Assembly: GCF_000400465.1 (NCBI RefSeq)
Contig: NW_008806285.1
Coordinates: 90,001-122,000 of the forward strand
Direction of reading: 5' to 3'
Length of the DNA stretch: 32,000 nt
From: Wallemia ichthyophaga EXF-994
Lineage: Eukaryota > Fungi > Basidiomycota
Both the position numbers and the translations under genes were made by a program. Positions 1 through 11,277 of the stretch are shown here, piece after piece. Every line of letters begins with the position of its first letter. The stretch's first letter is position 1. Under the pieces are notes generated by a model. The model had not been told where the DNA came from. It searched no databases and saw only the letters and a list, made by a program, of their open reading frames with translations.

Positions 1-450
1 CATTCAAATCCCGCAGACGAAACACAAGCACATGAACCAGAACCCTCGCCAGAACCACTCAAACCAAAGCCAAAAGTTGTCAGTGTACAGCTACGTAAGA
101 AAAGGGAGGCGTTTGTCGATAGCGTTATAGATTCACTGCCTTTAGAATACAGAGGTTCACAACCAGCCTTAAGAAATGCCATGTCTAGTGTCCTACATGC
201 ACTTATGAAGCATCAATGTACTACTCCTCAAGGTAATGGTATTCGTACACCAGATATCGTCAAACATCCAGATCTACCTCAAGCCAAGGTAAACAAATGC
301 CTTATAGCTCTCGTACAGAAGAAGGCTGTGGTGAAGTGGACGGAGAGTGTAAGTAGTGTGTGTCGGGATATATGTCTATCTACTAACTCCTTTTGCTAAT
401 CACAGGGTGTCGCTTACTACAGACTACAACTAGAAACCCCTAGGCGGTGA
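1..450 (+). CDS. 3' part of a gene for an unidentified protein with a Pro/Glu-rich linker and a C-terminal winged-helix-like domain (5' end outside the window)
   Basis: The frame is open from base 1 (HSNPADETQAHEPEPSPEPLKPKPKVVSVQL). Introns at 95-145 (GTAAGA..TTTAG) and 349-405 (GTAAGT..CTAAT..CACAG) join it in frame to QYRGSQPALRNAMSSVLHALMKH...GIRTPDIVKHPDLPQAKVNKCLIALVQKKAVVKWTES|GVAYYRLQLETPRR, with TGA at 448-450. The three-helix plus beta-wing pattern was read by eye. Confidence 0.6.
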
Positions 451-554
451 TTTGTACGATATATCAGATATGACATCATTCAAAATTGATCCCGAAGACA
501 GTCCTCGTCAGTACTCTTAGTTAGAATCAAAAACGTTGAAAATCCTAAAAGAGC

Positions 555-1005
555 ATGTCTTCGCCAAATAAATCAACTGGAATGTACCACAGCGTTAAAG
601 GTAAGTCACTACACTCGCGCCAATCGCATCACCCAGGTTTCACATCAAATACCAGGAAACGTCGTTGAATCTGTTGGGACAGTGACTGGGAGTGAGGAAT
701 GGAAGAAGAGTGGACAGAAAGAGCACGTCGATGGTGAAGCTGAGCAGAAGGTTCCTCTATCGATTCATTCAGAATTCTTACTGATATAAAAACACCAGGC
801 AGCTCAAATCAAAGACACAGCAACTGGTATGTATGACCAGGCTGCTGGTAGAGTTCAGGGCGTAAAGGCGGCTATCACAGGCGATAAGCCTGGTCAAGTC
901 AGTGCAGCCGCTCAAGTCAGTCGCACATACGCTTATATATCATTTTATCTAACTTGCTCAACTTTGCAGGAGGAATCAGGCAAAGCAGCGCAGAAGAATG
1001 CTTAA
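555..1005 (+). CDS. HMP1: Small hydrophilic protein of the 'mismatched base pair and cruciform DNA recognition protein' (Ustilago Hmp1) / CsbD-like family, 4 exons
   Basis: Exons 555-600, 656-750, 799-915 and 970-1005 give MSSPNKSTGMYHSVKGNVVESVGTVTGSEEWKKSGQKEHVDGEAEQKAAQIKDTATGMYDQAAGRVQGVKAAITGDKPGQVSAAAQEESGKAAQKNA*. The 'G.YHS.KG...E..G..TG...W...G..EH..GEAE' and 'A.TGDK' motifs are typical of the family. It is missing from the ORF track because of the introns. Confidence 0.8.
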
Positions 1006-1080
1006 ATGGATATTATTTGTATTCTCTAGTAACATTACATTATACTCCTCTCTTTCACCCACACCACTCACACCGCCAAT

Positions 1081-2374
1081 ATGCACATTGGACTCAAGAG
1101 GCCGCTGCTAGCGCAAGTGCCTTACAAAACCAAGAAATTCCAACTAGCCAAGAAGCGTTCGGCACCAATCTCGGCTTCAATTAAGGAGATTAGCGATGAT
1201 GATGATAACCATAATAACCACGATAGACCAGAGGTTATTGAGATTGACAGTGATAGCGATATTGAGTGTGTTAGCAGTAGTGATGATAATTTCAATTCTT
1301 ATGGCAACGATACCAACGACACCAACGACACCAACGACACTAGCACTAGCACTCACGACCAAACGTTTGAATCTCCTATCGACATCGATACTCCTATTCT
1401 CCCTGAGAATTACCCTCCTCCGCTGCCACCTCTCTGTCGCGACCTATATAACCTCACTTTTACTCACAGAACCTGCGCCGACTTTGTAGCCAATTTCAAC
1501 GCTGGCACCGATAATCTCAGAAAAAGTTATGGTATGCACACCATCACCAATGGTGTCATGGGCGATAGTAGGCAGGGGAATGTAGCGTCATTTGTACCCG
1601 TTTACGACAACGAAGTGAGTGAGTTTGTTGGTGACAGCATCATCGGCATGGTAGTGGCTCTATTGCTGAGAAAATGGTATCCACACCTTCGTCCTGACGG
1701 ATTAACGTGAGTTTTTGAGCCAGAATGTGGCACTGTCTTACCATCATGCTACCAGAGAAATACGCAGCAAGCTAGTCAACAGAGGCAGACTATCGAGCTG
1801 GGCGAAGCTGTACAACTTCGACCAGCATCTCATTCTACCACCTCAGATGCCCCAACTGCCTGTGCGACTCTCACCCATGGTTCTTTGCGATACATTTGAG
1901 GCGTACGTAGCCTCTGTCTTTGACCAGCAAGGTGACGAAAGCGCCGGTCTTATCGCCGTCAAGCAGTGGATTGAGCCGCTTTGTAGGCCTTACGCAGATA
2001 TGTACAGCGCTGCTATCACCAATCGCGAAAAGGAAGTGCGCGAGGCTCCTCGCATGGGCAGCATGGGCTACCTCAACCAGATGATGGAAAAACATCACGT
2101 CGTCGCGGCGTGGACTGAGTCGGGCGGTGTGAATGATCTCAATAACTCTCACAACTACTGGTCTGCTTCCCTTAACCTCACCCTCGACGAACGCGCACAT
2201 AATAGCACTCCCCTCGCTGTGAAATCTAAATTCCCTCTCACTACCACAGGTAAAGCTTCCAAGAAGAAAGTTGCCAAGGAAATGGCAGCTTATAAGGCTT
2301 TGAAGACTTTGGGTCTTAACTGTTGTGGGTATTTCGTTTATTCTATTGCTTCACTCACTCACCCACCAATAGAG
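1081..2374 (+). CDS. Ribonuclease III family protein (single RNase III domain plus C-terminal dsRNA-binding domain; Rnt1/Pac1-like)
   Basis: It contains FTHR, the signature NEVSEFVGDS (compare NERLEFLGDS) and DTFEAY with all four acidic catalytic positions. An intron at 1707-1755 joins GLT|EIRSKLVN. The dsRBD ends in GKASKKKVAKEMAAYKALKTLG. The 3' end is uncertain (probable intron 2325-2372). Confidence 0.85.
1305..1340 (+). repeat. Coding tandem repeat, 4 x 9 bp (CAACGAYAC) encoding (NDT)4 in the acidic N-terminal region of the RNase III
   Basis: Read directly: caacgatac caacgacac caacgacac caacgacac. Confidence 0.9.
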
Positions 2375-2474
2375 ACAATCTCTCATTTCAACGATACCTT
2401 AAACACACACATCTTGCTAAATAATCTCAACGTAAAATGCATAGTTTCTGAAAATCAGCAGTTTCTTGACAATT

Positions 2475-3613
2475 TCACAAATGCTCTCCCACGAAAGCAT
2501 AAAGCCTATCCATCGTTTCACCCTCCTCTTTTTCATCCCACCCGTGGTCCTTGTCGGGGACGATATCAAACGCAACATTTGCACCCTTCTTCTGCAGCGC
2601 TTCTACCACCTCTACAGCCTGCGCGAAAGGCACTGCTGTGTCCACAGTACCGTGAGTGATGTATATCGGTGGAATATCCTCCAACTTTCTACGTTTAAGG
2701 ATATCAGTAATAGTGTATTGAGATACTTCTTCCGCGCTATAACTATCACCGAAGAGCAGCTGGTTGAGAGTGCCTGATTGCACCATCCACGCGTACACTT
2801 AGTCCTGTCAGCAGGGGTGAGGGTATTTGGAGCACATAGCACCCACTTCTAGATCTGCTCGACTCCGCCGCATTCTCTGCGACAGCTGGTGCATCTCCAT
2901 TGAGGTACTTTTTCACGCTATCAAATGGCACAGGCTCGTTCTCCCATGCCGCCTTCCCCTGTGGCGTAGTCCACTGTGCAGCAAGTGAGCAGGTGGCGGG
3001 CAATATCAAAAACCTACGAATGGCGCTAGAGTGTTGGTGATGGGGTATATAGCTGTGCAGACCTTCCTAAACACGCGATACGTCAGCTGGGAACTCCAAT
3101 CATGCGCAAACGACATACGGCACATGTTTTCCATTAGCGACGCCCAGTCCCACCAATAAACTCAGCCAACCACCGGCAGACGAGCCACACACACCCCACC
3201 GGCTGACGTCGATGGTGTGGCCGACGCGGCTGGGCAGCTGCTCTATTATGAATGCGACTGACTGCCCTACATCAGCCAAGATTTCGTGGAACCCCGTCTG
3301 CGGCGCTAGTCGGTAGTCCACACTTATAAACGCAGTGTTGAACTCGCTCGCCAGCCTGTCGAAATGGGGCGCGTAGCGCTGTCTGCTGCCCTGAAATGCG
3401 ATTGTTAGGTCTTTTCAACCCATTCAGATTTACCCACCTGCAATAAGCCGCCGCCTGCTTTGTTAGCCTGAGACCTTACTCCCACTCTAACCACCCACCA
3501 TGATACCATACGAGCACAGGGACGGGCTTCGACTGTGTAGCTGAGGCTGGGACATGGATATCCAACTGGATGGGTAAATCATTTATTCTTTTATAAGTAA
3601 AAGTTTCCTTCAT
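2475..3613 (-). CDS. Alpha/beta hydrolase (HSL-like / abhydrolase_3 esterase-lipase)
   Basis: ATG at 3613 gives MKETFTYKRINDLPIQLDIHVP...VLVWYH|GGGLLQ|GS. Further motifs are ISVDYRLAPQ, the nucleophile elbow GSSAGG, HGTVDTAV and the catalytic His in DHGWD. It has several introns. Confidence 0.88.
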
Positions 3614-3703
3614 TGTTTTATATGTCAGAGTGTCTGACTTTCCGAGAGAAGTGGTGATAAGAGGAAAACGAAAGGCGCATGACTAAAAATTTTCAAAGCC
3701 CCT

Positions 3704-6700
3704 TCAACATCCTTCCAGCACCCTCAGTGCGACTGCTGAGTTCCCGACATCCTTCATACACAGCCAAACAATATCGACATTGCGCACTGAGAGCGCTTCA
3801 TACAGTGAGACAATGTCGTCCTTCAGCAAGGGGTGGTGTAAGAGGGCTGTAAAGTCAGCACTGAGCTGCCAAACCAGCTCGTCCGCAACAGCTATCTCCT
3901 GCACCACACTCCTCATTGCGTCCACTAGAGCCTTATGCGCGCGCTTAGCTGGGGTTGTGTTTTGGTAATATTCTATTCCATTATCCGTGCTCTTTGCGTT
4001 GCTTACTGTGTTGATATCTCTACCATTACCATTTACATCACCACTCAACCCCCGCCTTAGCCCCTCAAATCCGATGGTGCGTCTAATCAGTGGATACGCT
4101 TCTTCCACAATGCGCATACTCATGAACGCACCCGTCTCAACAGCTAGCACGTTTATAAGCTCAAAAGCGGTAGCTATAACATGAGGACTCTCTTCGTACT
4201 CTTCCCCTTTCTTGGCAGCTTTTTCGGATAGGAGGCGGTGGAGTATATACGGCCATGCCCTGTGCACCACAGGCAGCACGTCACTATGGTGACCTGAGCG
4301 CATCAGCACTCTTACCGCATTTCCCATCAGCATGACAGTCCTAGCGCGTAAGAAAGCTGACTGGTGAGTGAGGAAGTGCAAAGCCTTGGACATAATCTTA
4401 AGACAAATGCTCTGCGATCTATTGAGTGGTTCTTTGGGTGTATCTTCTGGCGTTTGCTCCTGATCTACGTTGTGCGGTTCGCGTAGTTCATCCCAAGCTT
4501 GGTGTGGCGTCGGTCCGAAGTCTTCCACACCCTCTTCAGGTGGATCAGCGTGGAGATCGCGAAGCCAATCACTCAGCCCCTCCAGCTCAGCTGCAGAATC
4601 AGGCCGAGAATCAGCCACTGCTACCTCACGTTCACGTTCACCCACTACCTCATCGTCCGTACTGGGCAGGATGGCAGCATCGTCGGACATCACGCTGACA
4701 ATCGTGTCCAGAACGGCAAGCAGTCCCTCTCCCAGCAGAGGTATATCATGGTAATCGTCCAAACTCTCGAATATATCCTCCACCACTCCCTGTAACTTGC
4801 TTATCAGCGCTGCACCGACCAGTCTCATAGCAGCTATCAACACGCGCGGCGCTGCGACATCTAGCCTGACTGGATTTAGATATGATGTAACGCTATTGAG
4901 CAAGTAGTCTGCGTTATCGAGTATCGCGCCACTCGTGCTAGCGTATCCGAAGTAGTAGCTGACACTAGCGAGCGTGCTCCTGCTATGCTCCATGACAGTA
5001 AGAGTGGGGCTATCCAAGCGCGACAGAACGTAGTAGAGTGTGTGGTTGAGCTGGGGTCTACCTTCATAGCCCAGAACATAGCTAGTGGTAGCGATCATGC
5101 GCAAAGTGATGAGTGTAATCAACGTCACCCGCACTCTTTTCTCCAATTTCGCGTTCGATTGCGGTGTGTACTTGAAATTATCAGCCAGCGTTTCCACCTT
5201 ATCGAGACCGCGCACGTGTTCAGAAGGGAGATTGGTATCGGAATGGGGTACGACCTCCTCGCTCACTTCATGATCCCCTTCCATTCTATCTAATTGCTCA
5301 GCCTCGAGACTGAACTTAACGACGCTCCGGCCGAGCTTCACGGCGAGCTTGTGAGCCATTGCGACAGAGGACCGCGCTCGAGCCATCCCCTGCAAGATGC
5401 AACAACACAGCCATAGAGCGCTCGCAGCAGCCCTAGAATGCAGATTACGCTGAGCAAGGCTGAAGAAATATTCCACCGAATGAGACGCCCTATCCCCGAA
5501 CGCACATCCGAGAGCTACCAGCGCTCTGCGTATACACTCCCCGTCTTTACTATCGACGCTCTCGAACGGCATAGCAGGGAAACCGAACCATGGATCATCA
5601 GAGCCGTCGACCCCGATTTCAAAAGCTGCATCAGGGGTGCTACTCCACAGTATACTTCTGCTCGCATTTACTGATACGCTCTCCCCACTGATGGGCGGTG
5701 TCGCGAACGGAATGCAGTCGATTAGCCCCCATGCCCACTTCTCTACTCCGCCGCGCGCACCGAGTATATCATCCATAGGAATCCCACTCAGGCTCGTGCG
5801 CATTGTGAGAGCGGCTACAGCTTCGATCTGCGCCGTTGTTGCTTGTATGCCGCTACTGTCGCGCGATCTGATCGCTGAAGGGATTGCAATGAGCGCATCG
5901 CGCGCGTGCTGCTTCAGAAGTGATTCTAGTATCTTGCGGTGCGGCTCTAACGACAGAAGTCGACTGAGTGCTTCTTTGGCGATCAACGACACTTCACTCG
6001 ATGCCTGGCTGTCTACAGAAAGCATCAAAAGGTTTGATAGAAGCAGTCTGTGACAGTTGTCGAGAGTACCGATACACGATTCGAGCAGATCTGCTGACAG
6101 TTTTGCAACAGCTCGCCTCACCCTGCTGGACTGGTGCTTCACCACTTTCGAAGTGGAGATGAGAACGAGACATATCTGGTGCACGGTGCCCTGCAGCCAA
6201 GAAGGTGTGCGTATCCCTTCCTCTTTCTTCGTAGTGCTAGGTGGAGCGAAAAGAGATGACGCTACTGGTATACTCCCTTCATCCCTCCTATGTCTTTCAT
6301 CCACCTTACCTCTCACCTCCAAACTCTCCAAATCAATCCGATTTGCCAGTTCAGTCAAGTCGGCAATCTGCACCGGCTGAAGTGCTGCACATAGATCATC
6401 GTTGAGAGTCGACATGACAATCAGCCGTAGTGTTTCCAAGGCTGCTACTGCCAACTCGCTATTGATATGGTTTTCGCCTTTTAGGATCTTGGTTATCGAG
6501 CTCGCTGTGCCCGGCAACAAAACAGCGTTGATGTCAGGCTTATCGAAAGCGTATTCGCCTACATACACACCTACTAGCTGCAAGGAGCGTGTGCGTAGAG
6601 TGATAAATGTGTGCAATGTAGCCAAATCGAGTAATTGAGCAATAAGTGATCCTAATATCGACATGCGCTTCGTTGTGAGGAGAGAGGCGTGATCGAGGGA

Positions 6701-7190
6701 AGGATTTAAACTAAGAGTGTGAATCAACTCAACGCATGAAAGCAGTTGCACCTCTGACTTGCCTCCTTTTATGCTGTTGATTAGTGTCATCGCAGACAGC
6801 ATCCACAACTGCTCCCATTCAGCAGTGGGCACGCCTTCCAGGGCCCAAACTTTGGATATAGAATTGAGAGCATTGATAACAGCCACAGATCCCTTCTCAG
6901 GGAGCTCTGTGGGCGATATATGGCGGAGAAGGCCAGCTATTGGGAAGAAGACGTAGCGTATGAGCTGGAGAGAGCTATTTGTGGTGCTTAAATTAAGGCT
7001 GAGTGAATCTGAGAGTTCTTCAAGTGCTGAGAGCAGTCCTGGCTCGTTTGGTGTTAGATTCGGCTTCGTTACGAGGAAGTTGAGTCTGACGCAGGCAGGT
7101 TTGAGCTGAGCGTGGGTGTGAGCGCGGCGAAAGTACGTATATAGCCTCGCTCACAGCCTGGAAAGCGGTATTTCGCGCATCGTCGACCAT
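3704..7190 (-). CDS. TTI1: TEL2-interacting protein 1 (TTT complex HEAT-repeat subunit)
   Basis: Start MVDDARNTAFQA|LKPACVRL (one intron near 7100-7155), then RYVFFPIAGLLR. The ~1,150-aa helical-repeat protein also carries HVRGLD, DNADYLLNSV, EDIFESLDDYH and VHRAWPYI, which match fungal Tti1 as I recall it. Confidence 0.85.
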
Positions 7191-7295
7191 CTCTGCAATC
7201 CTCGATGATGAAAGCTAAGACTAGAGATAAGAAATTGAGATTATTTTACAAATTGTTTATCGCATTATACCGAGACTTGAGGCTTAAAATTATGT

Positions 7296-9105
7296 CTAAA
7301 CAGTATGACTGGCTGATTTGCTTTTTATACGCCAAGCAGACAAAGGCAAACCTAGAATGAATGTTAGTAGAAGCCATAGGCGTATCCTTCAACTCACGCT
7401 GCAGTTTACGCGCTGTAGGATAAATATAAGCGGCTAGAATTACAGCCCCGAGCACAACACAGATGGTGCTGGTGACAAAGTAGCCATCGCGTTCAACAAC
7501 ACACTTTCCACCGATATCCGAACACACAGATTTGGCATGCTCAGAACTGCAGTCCTCTGCCTTGACGATGACGTCCTCATTCTCTTCATGGACGTGACAA
7601 GTAGCGATACTGAGTCCATCGACAGCCTTGAGAACGAAATAGCGCGGCCACGTTCCACCAAGATTCGACACTGTGTTGAGGAGGGTCATGTACGTTCCTC
7701 CAATCAGCGGATCCGCTATCTGGGTGTGGAAGGCGCATATGCCGACGAATTGGACAGTAGACATGAATCCACCGACGAGTGTCATTGCAATCACCGATGT
7801 GAATATCGTCGCAGTCACTGGTGGTTCTATAAACTTGATGGCTAGCATCGCAACAACGGCGTAGACTAGTCTGCCGATGAATGCACTTAGCCATGGTTTG
7901 AGTGGGTTGCGACCTTGTGACCACTGCGCAGCTAGCCAGCCACCAATGATCTGCACAGGAAAATCTATAAGCACTGCTAAAGCGAGGTCCTCCTTGCTCA
8001 ACCCTTTCTCTAACAACTTGAGCGAAGTGACGGCTTCATTTGCTTGGAAACCAATTTTAGCGACGAGGTGAATCATGACAAACGATTGGACGTGTTTGAG
8101 CTTTAAAATAGAAAGCATTTGGCTGTACACCTTCTTGATGTCCATCTCATCCTCGTCGGTGATGACATTCTCTTCTTTCTTGAAAAACGTAAGCCAGACT
8201 GTGAACAGGACGAATACTGCACCAAAGAATTGGAGGTATCCCCCAAGAGTAACTAGAGGGACTTCTAAAGGAGTTGATCTAAAGTATTTGTTGCTGAATT
8301 CAATCGAATTCAACGCCAAGAAGACGGTGAAAGAGAGAAAGTAGCCCGTATTCAAGCCAATAGTCTGAGCTGTAGATGCAAAGGAGAGATTTTCGTTGCT
8401 GAGCAAGGTTAATGCCCATCCGTCTACTGCAATGTCTTGAGTTGCAGCCAAGAAAATGAGCATGAAGAAGGTGAAAGTGAGTAAATTGACGTCCGGTACC
8501 TCCTAAAGGGCAATTGAGTTTTGATTACGCGTAAAATTACCGCACTCACCTGCGCTAAACTGTCTTGGATCCAGAAGGACATCCAGTACATCATTGCACC
8601 GACTAGAAACTGGATGGGTACGATCCAGCTCTTGCGTCTGCCCAATTTGGGATTAAAGCAAGCATCCACGATGGGTGACCAGAATAGCTTGAGTGAATAA
8701 GGGTATGTAGATAGCGAGAAGAAGCCAATTTGCGAGTAGCTGAGTTTCGCTTTGAGAAGAAAAGGGATACTGCCAAAAGCTAATCCTGTGGGTACGCCCT
8801 GTAGGAGATCTTAATATCTCGATGAGCTGTGTGGTGATGAAATCGAGCGTAAGAAACTCACACAAGATGACCAAGATTATCATTGCAGATCTATCCTTGT
8901 GGTACCAAATGTCAAAGAAGCCGCGATCGGAAGATTGTTGCGCTGTCTTCTTTGCGTCGTCATTGGCTTCCAAATGGATATCGAGCTCGTTGATGACGGG
9001 CTTAGGAGATGGAGATATACGCGGAGATCTACCGCTCTTGAGGTTGTTCCTCGATGGTTTCTTCCTCGCTGGCATCTGAAGATGGGCGTTTGGTGACAAA
9101 GACAT
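7296..9105 (-). CDS. SLC33A1: Acetyl-CoA transporter (AT-1/SLC33A1 family, MFS)
   Basis: Motifs LQGVPTGLAFGSIPFL, PYSLKLFWSPIVDA, GRRKSWIVPIQ, AATQDIAVDGWALTLL, DPLIGGTYMTLLNTVSNLGGTWP, RDGYF and the C-terminal LQ|RLPLSAWR (stop at 7296-7298). The start is ATG 9105 or 9075. It has multiple introns. Confidence 0.92.
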
Positions 9106-9136
9106 TCCTGCGAGTGAACAGCCATCATCAATTATC

Positions 9137-9557
9137 ATGGAAACAGAACGCAGCCAAACAGGCCAAGGGAGTGAGACGGTGGAAGGAACAGAGAGCAGAA
9201 CACAGCTGCAACGACACCAAAGCCAGGTGCTGAAATTGAGAGGAGATGAGCCAAAACAGCGGGAACAGCGGGAACGAGGCGGAGGAGTGAGGTGGGAACA
9301 AGGCACAGTAGATAATGAGCATATGGGGAAGAAAAAGTCAAAGAGTGCGTGTTATCTCCTGCTATTCCAACGCATCTGACGCATCTCCAGTCTGCTGCAT
9401 CTACCACAAGCCAAAGAGATTTGATGAGTCGTCGGACGAGTCAGATTGCAGTGACAACGAGCACCGTCACGCTAGCAACTGCAATCTCAACAAATACGAT
9501 AATCCTAGCCATACAAGCCATCGACACGGAGCATCTAAGGACAAGGATACCGCCTGA
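9137..9557 (+). CDS. YPI1: Protein phosphatase 1 regulatory subunit Ypi1 / inhibitor-3 (PPP1R11 family)
   Basis: VLKLRG...VRWEQGTVDNEHMGKKKSK, then an intron at 9345-9390, then ICCIYHKPKRFDESSDESD. This is the diagnostic Ypi1 motif set. Confidence 0.93.
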
Positions 9558-9655
9558 GATGGCTGCCAGATCTACCGCCTATTCATACAGGTTAATTATG
9601 TCTTGTATTTTTATCTATTCGCTGCAATCTCTTCTTTATCTTTCACCACCACGCG

Positions 9656-11277
9656 ATGGACGAATTCGCCAATGAACTATTCAGCGACGGCGGCGACGGT
9701 GCCGACGAAGCATACGAAGATGCCACATACCAAGAAGATATGATGGAAGATCACGATATTATCTCAGTAAATCTCCGCGGTGCAGATAAAGAGCAAGTGA
9801 GCCCGCACTCAGCCTCACAGATGATACGGCGGGCGATCATCCACGAAGCCCAACACGCAGGCTTCGAGCGAGCCACCGAAGATGCCATGATCGAGATTGA
9901 GCGACACGCCGTCTTCTGTGCGTCTCGCCATCCTATCTTCTCTAAAACACCCCCTAACCTGCAACAGGCATAGAGAGTCTTGCCAAAATGACCATGCAAT
10001 ACACAGAAAATGCCTACAGGACTGAAGCGACGCTGCATGAAGTCAGTGAAGCTTTCAGCGACGTCGGTATGACTGCCTCAGAAATGAACCCGATAGCAGA
10101 GCGCAACCGCGGTATTAAATCGACTAAACTGCTCCCGACGCCTATATCGACAATGCATCAATTCAAGGACCCAACCGAGGATTTCTTGCCAAGTGACGAT
10201 GAGCAGGATCCTGAGTATCGCATGGTGCAGCAGGAAGCTATGGATAAAATGCTCGAGCTCGCACCGTATGGTATAGGTCCGCGTTTGCCTCCAAGACATG
10301 CTTACCATCGTACTGCCGTCTATCCCACTCCACATAGGACTCAGACGCCTTTGGCGCACTTGGATAGGAAGCAGAATACAAGCAGGCTGGTTGAAAGGGC
10401 TCTTAAGTCGCTGATTGAAAGGACTCAGGTGGCTACAGAGTCCTCCCTGATGGCGAAGAATCAGCAGGCGCTGGGCGAAAGCCTTGATGACGATGACGCG
10501 GGTATAGTGCCAGTCCAAGAGAAGAAGGACGACGTTAGTGCTGGAGCAGAGCAGGAAGGACAGAAAGGGCAGCTGCCAGCATCAACAGCAGCGCCTCTTC
10601 AGCCTAGCACGAGTGAGCCAACTGAGGCTCAAGCAATGGAAGGTGTCCAGGTGGAGAAAAAGTATGGTGAAGCTGCACCAATAGTACCTGAGGTAGTGCA
10701 ACCGCAAGTCGAGGAGACGCCTGCTGAGCCAAAGCAGAGCGATCGTCAGCGGCCGGAAGAGGCAGGAGCGGGAGAAGCAAACGAAGAGCAGCAGCAGCAG
10801 CAACCAGAATCAATTGCTGTAATTTCTGCAGGGTCCGCACAACCAGAGCAACCAGAGCAACCAACACAGCCGTCTGAACAAACATCAAGATTACCACCTA
10901 CACAAGAACCAACAGAAGTGGCAGAACCATCCACACCTACGATCACTCAAAGTGAACCGTCTCATACAACTCTCGAAAAAGAAAAAGAACCTTCAACCAA
11001 AACAAATGGGGCGGACTCGCCAATGAAAGAGCACACGAAGCAAGCCAATAAACCACCCTGGCTGCAGAATATACAGATCGACGCGAATATTCTTAAAGAG
11101 CTGCCACTCGAATTTGGGATAGTTAATTTTGGCGATGCTGGTGAAGCACTTAACACTTCTTCGAGCATGAACATGCCATCGAATGGGCGGGGTGGAGGCC
11201 ACGCGCAGCTGGTACCAACCGATAGTGATGCATCGGGGTATGAGTCGCGCGTAAAGAGGAGACGCTGGAAGGTGTAA
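9656..11277 (+). CDS. TAF8: TFIID subunit 8-like protein (bromodomain-associated histone fold, TAF8 C-terminal motif, long low-complexity P/E/Q tail)
   Basis: Histone-fold-like segment MIRRAIIHEAQHAGFERATEDAMIEIE...(intron 9918-9967)...YTENAYRTEATLHEVSEAFSDVGM. The later LPPRHAYHRTAVYP and SRLVERALKSL resemble the TAF8 C domain. Confidence 0.72.

Noticed and set aside
181-520. Degenerate RPC34 pseudogene (GIRTPDI..KCL..L followed by LGGDLYD in another frame)
   Set aside because: Two clean introns give an intact frame ending at 450, and the LGGDLYD similarity lies downstream of an in-frame stop. An intact gene with a wHTH is the simpler reading.
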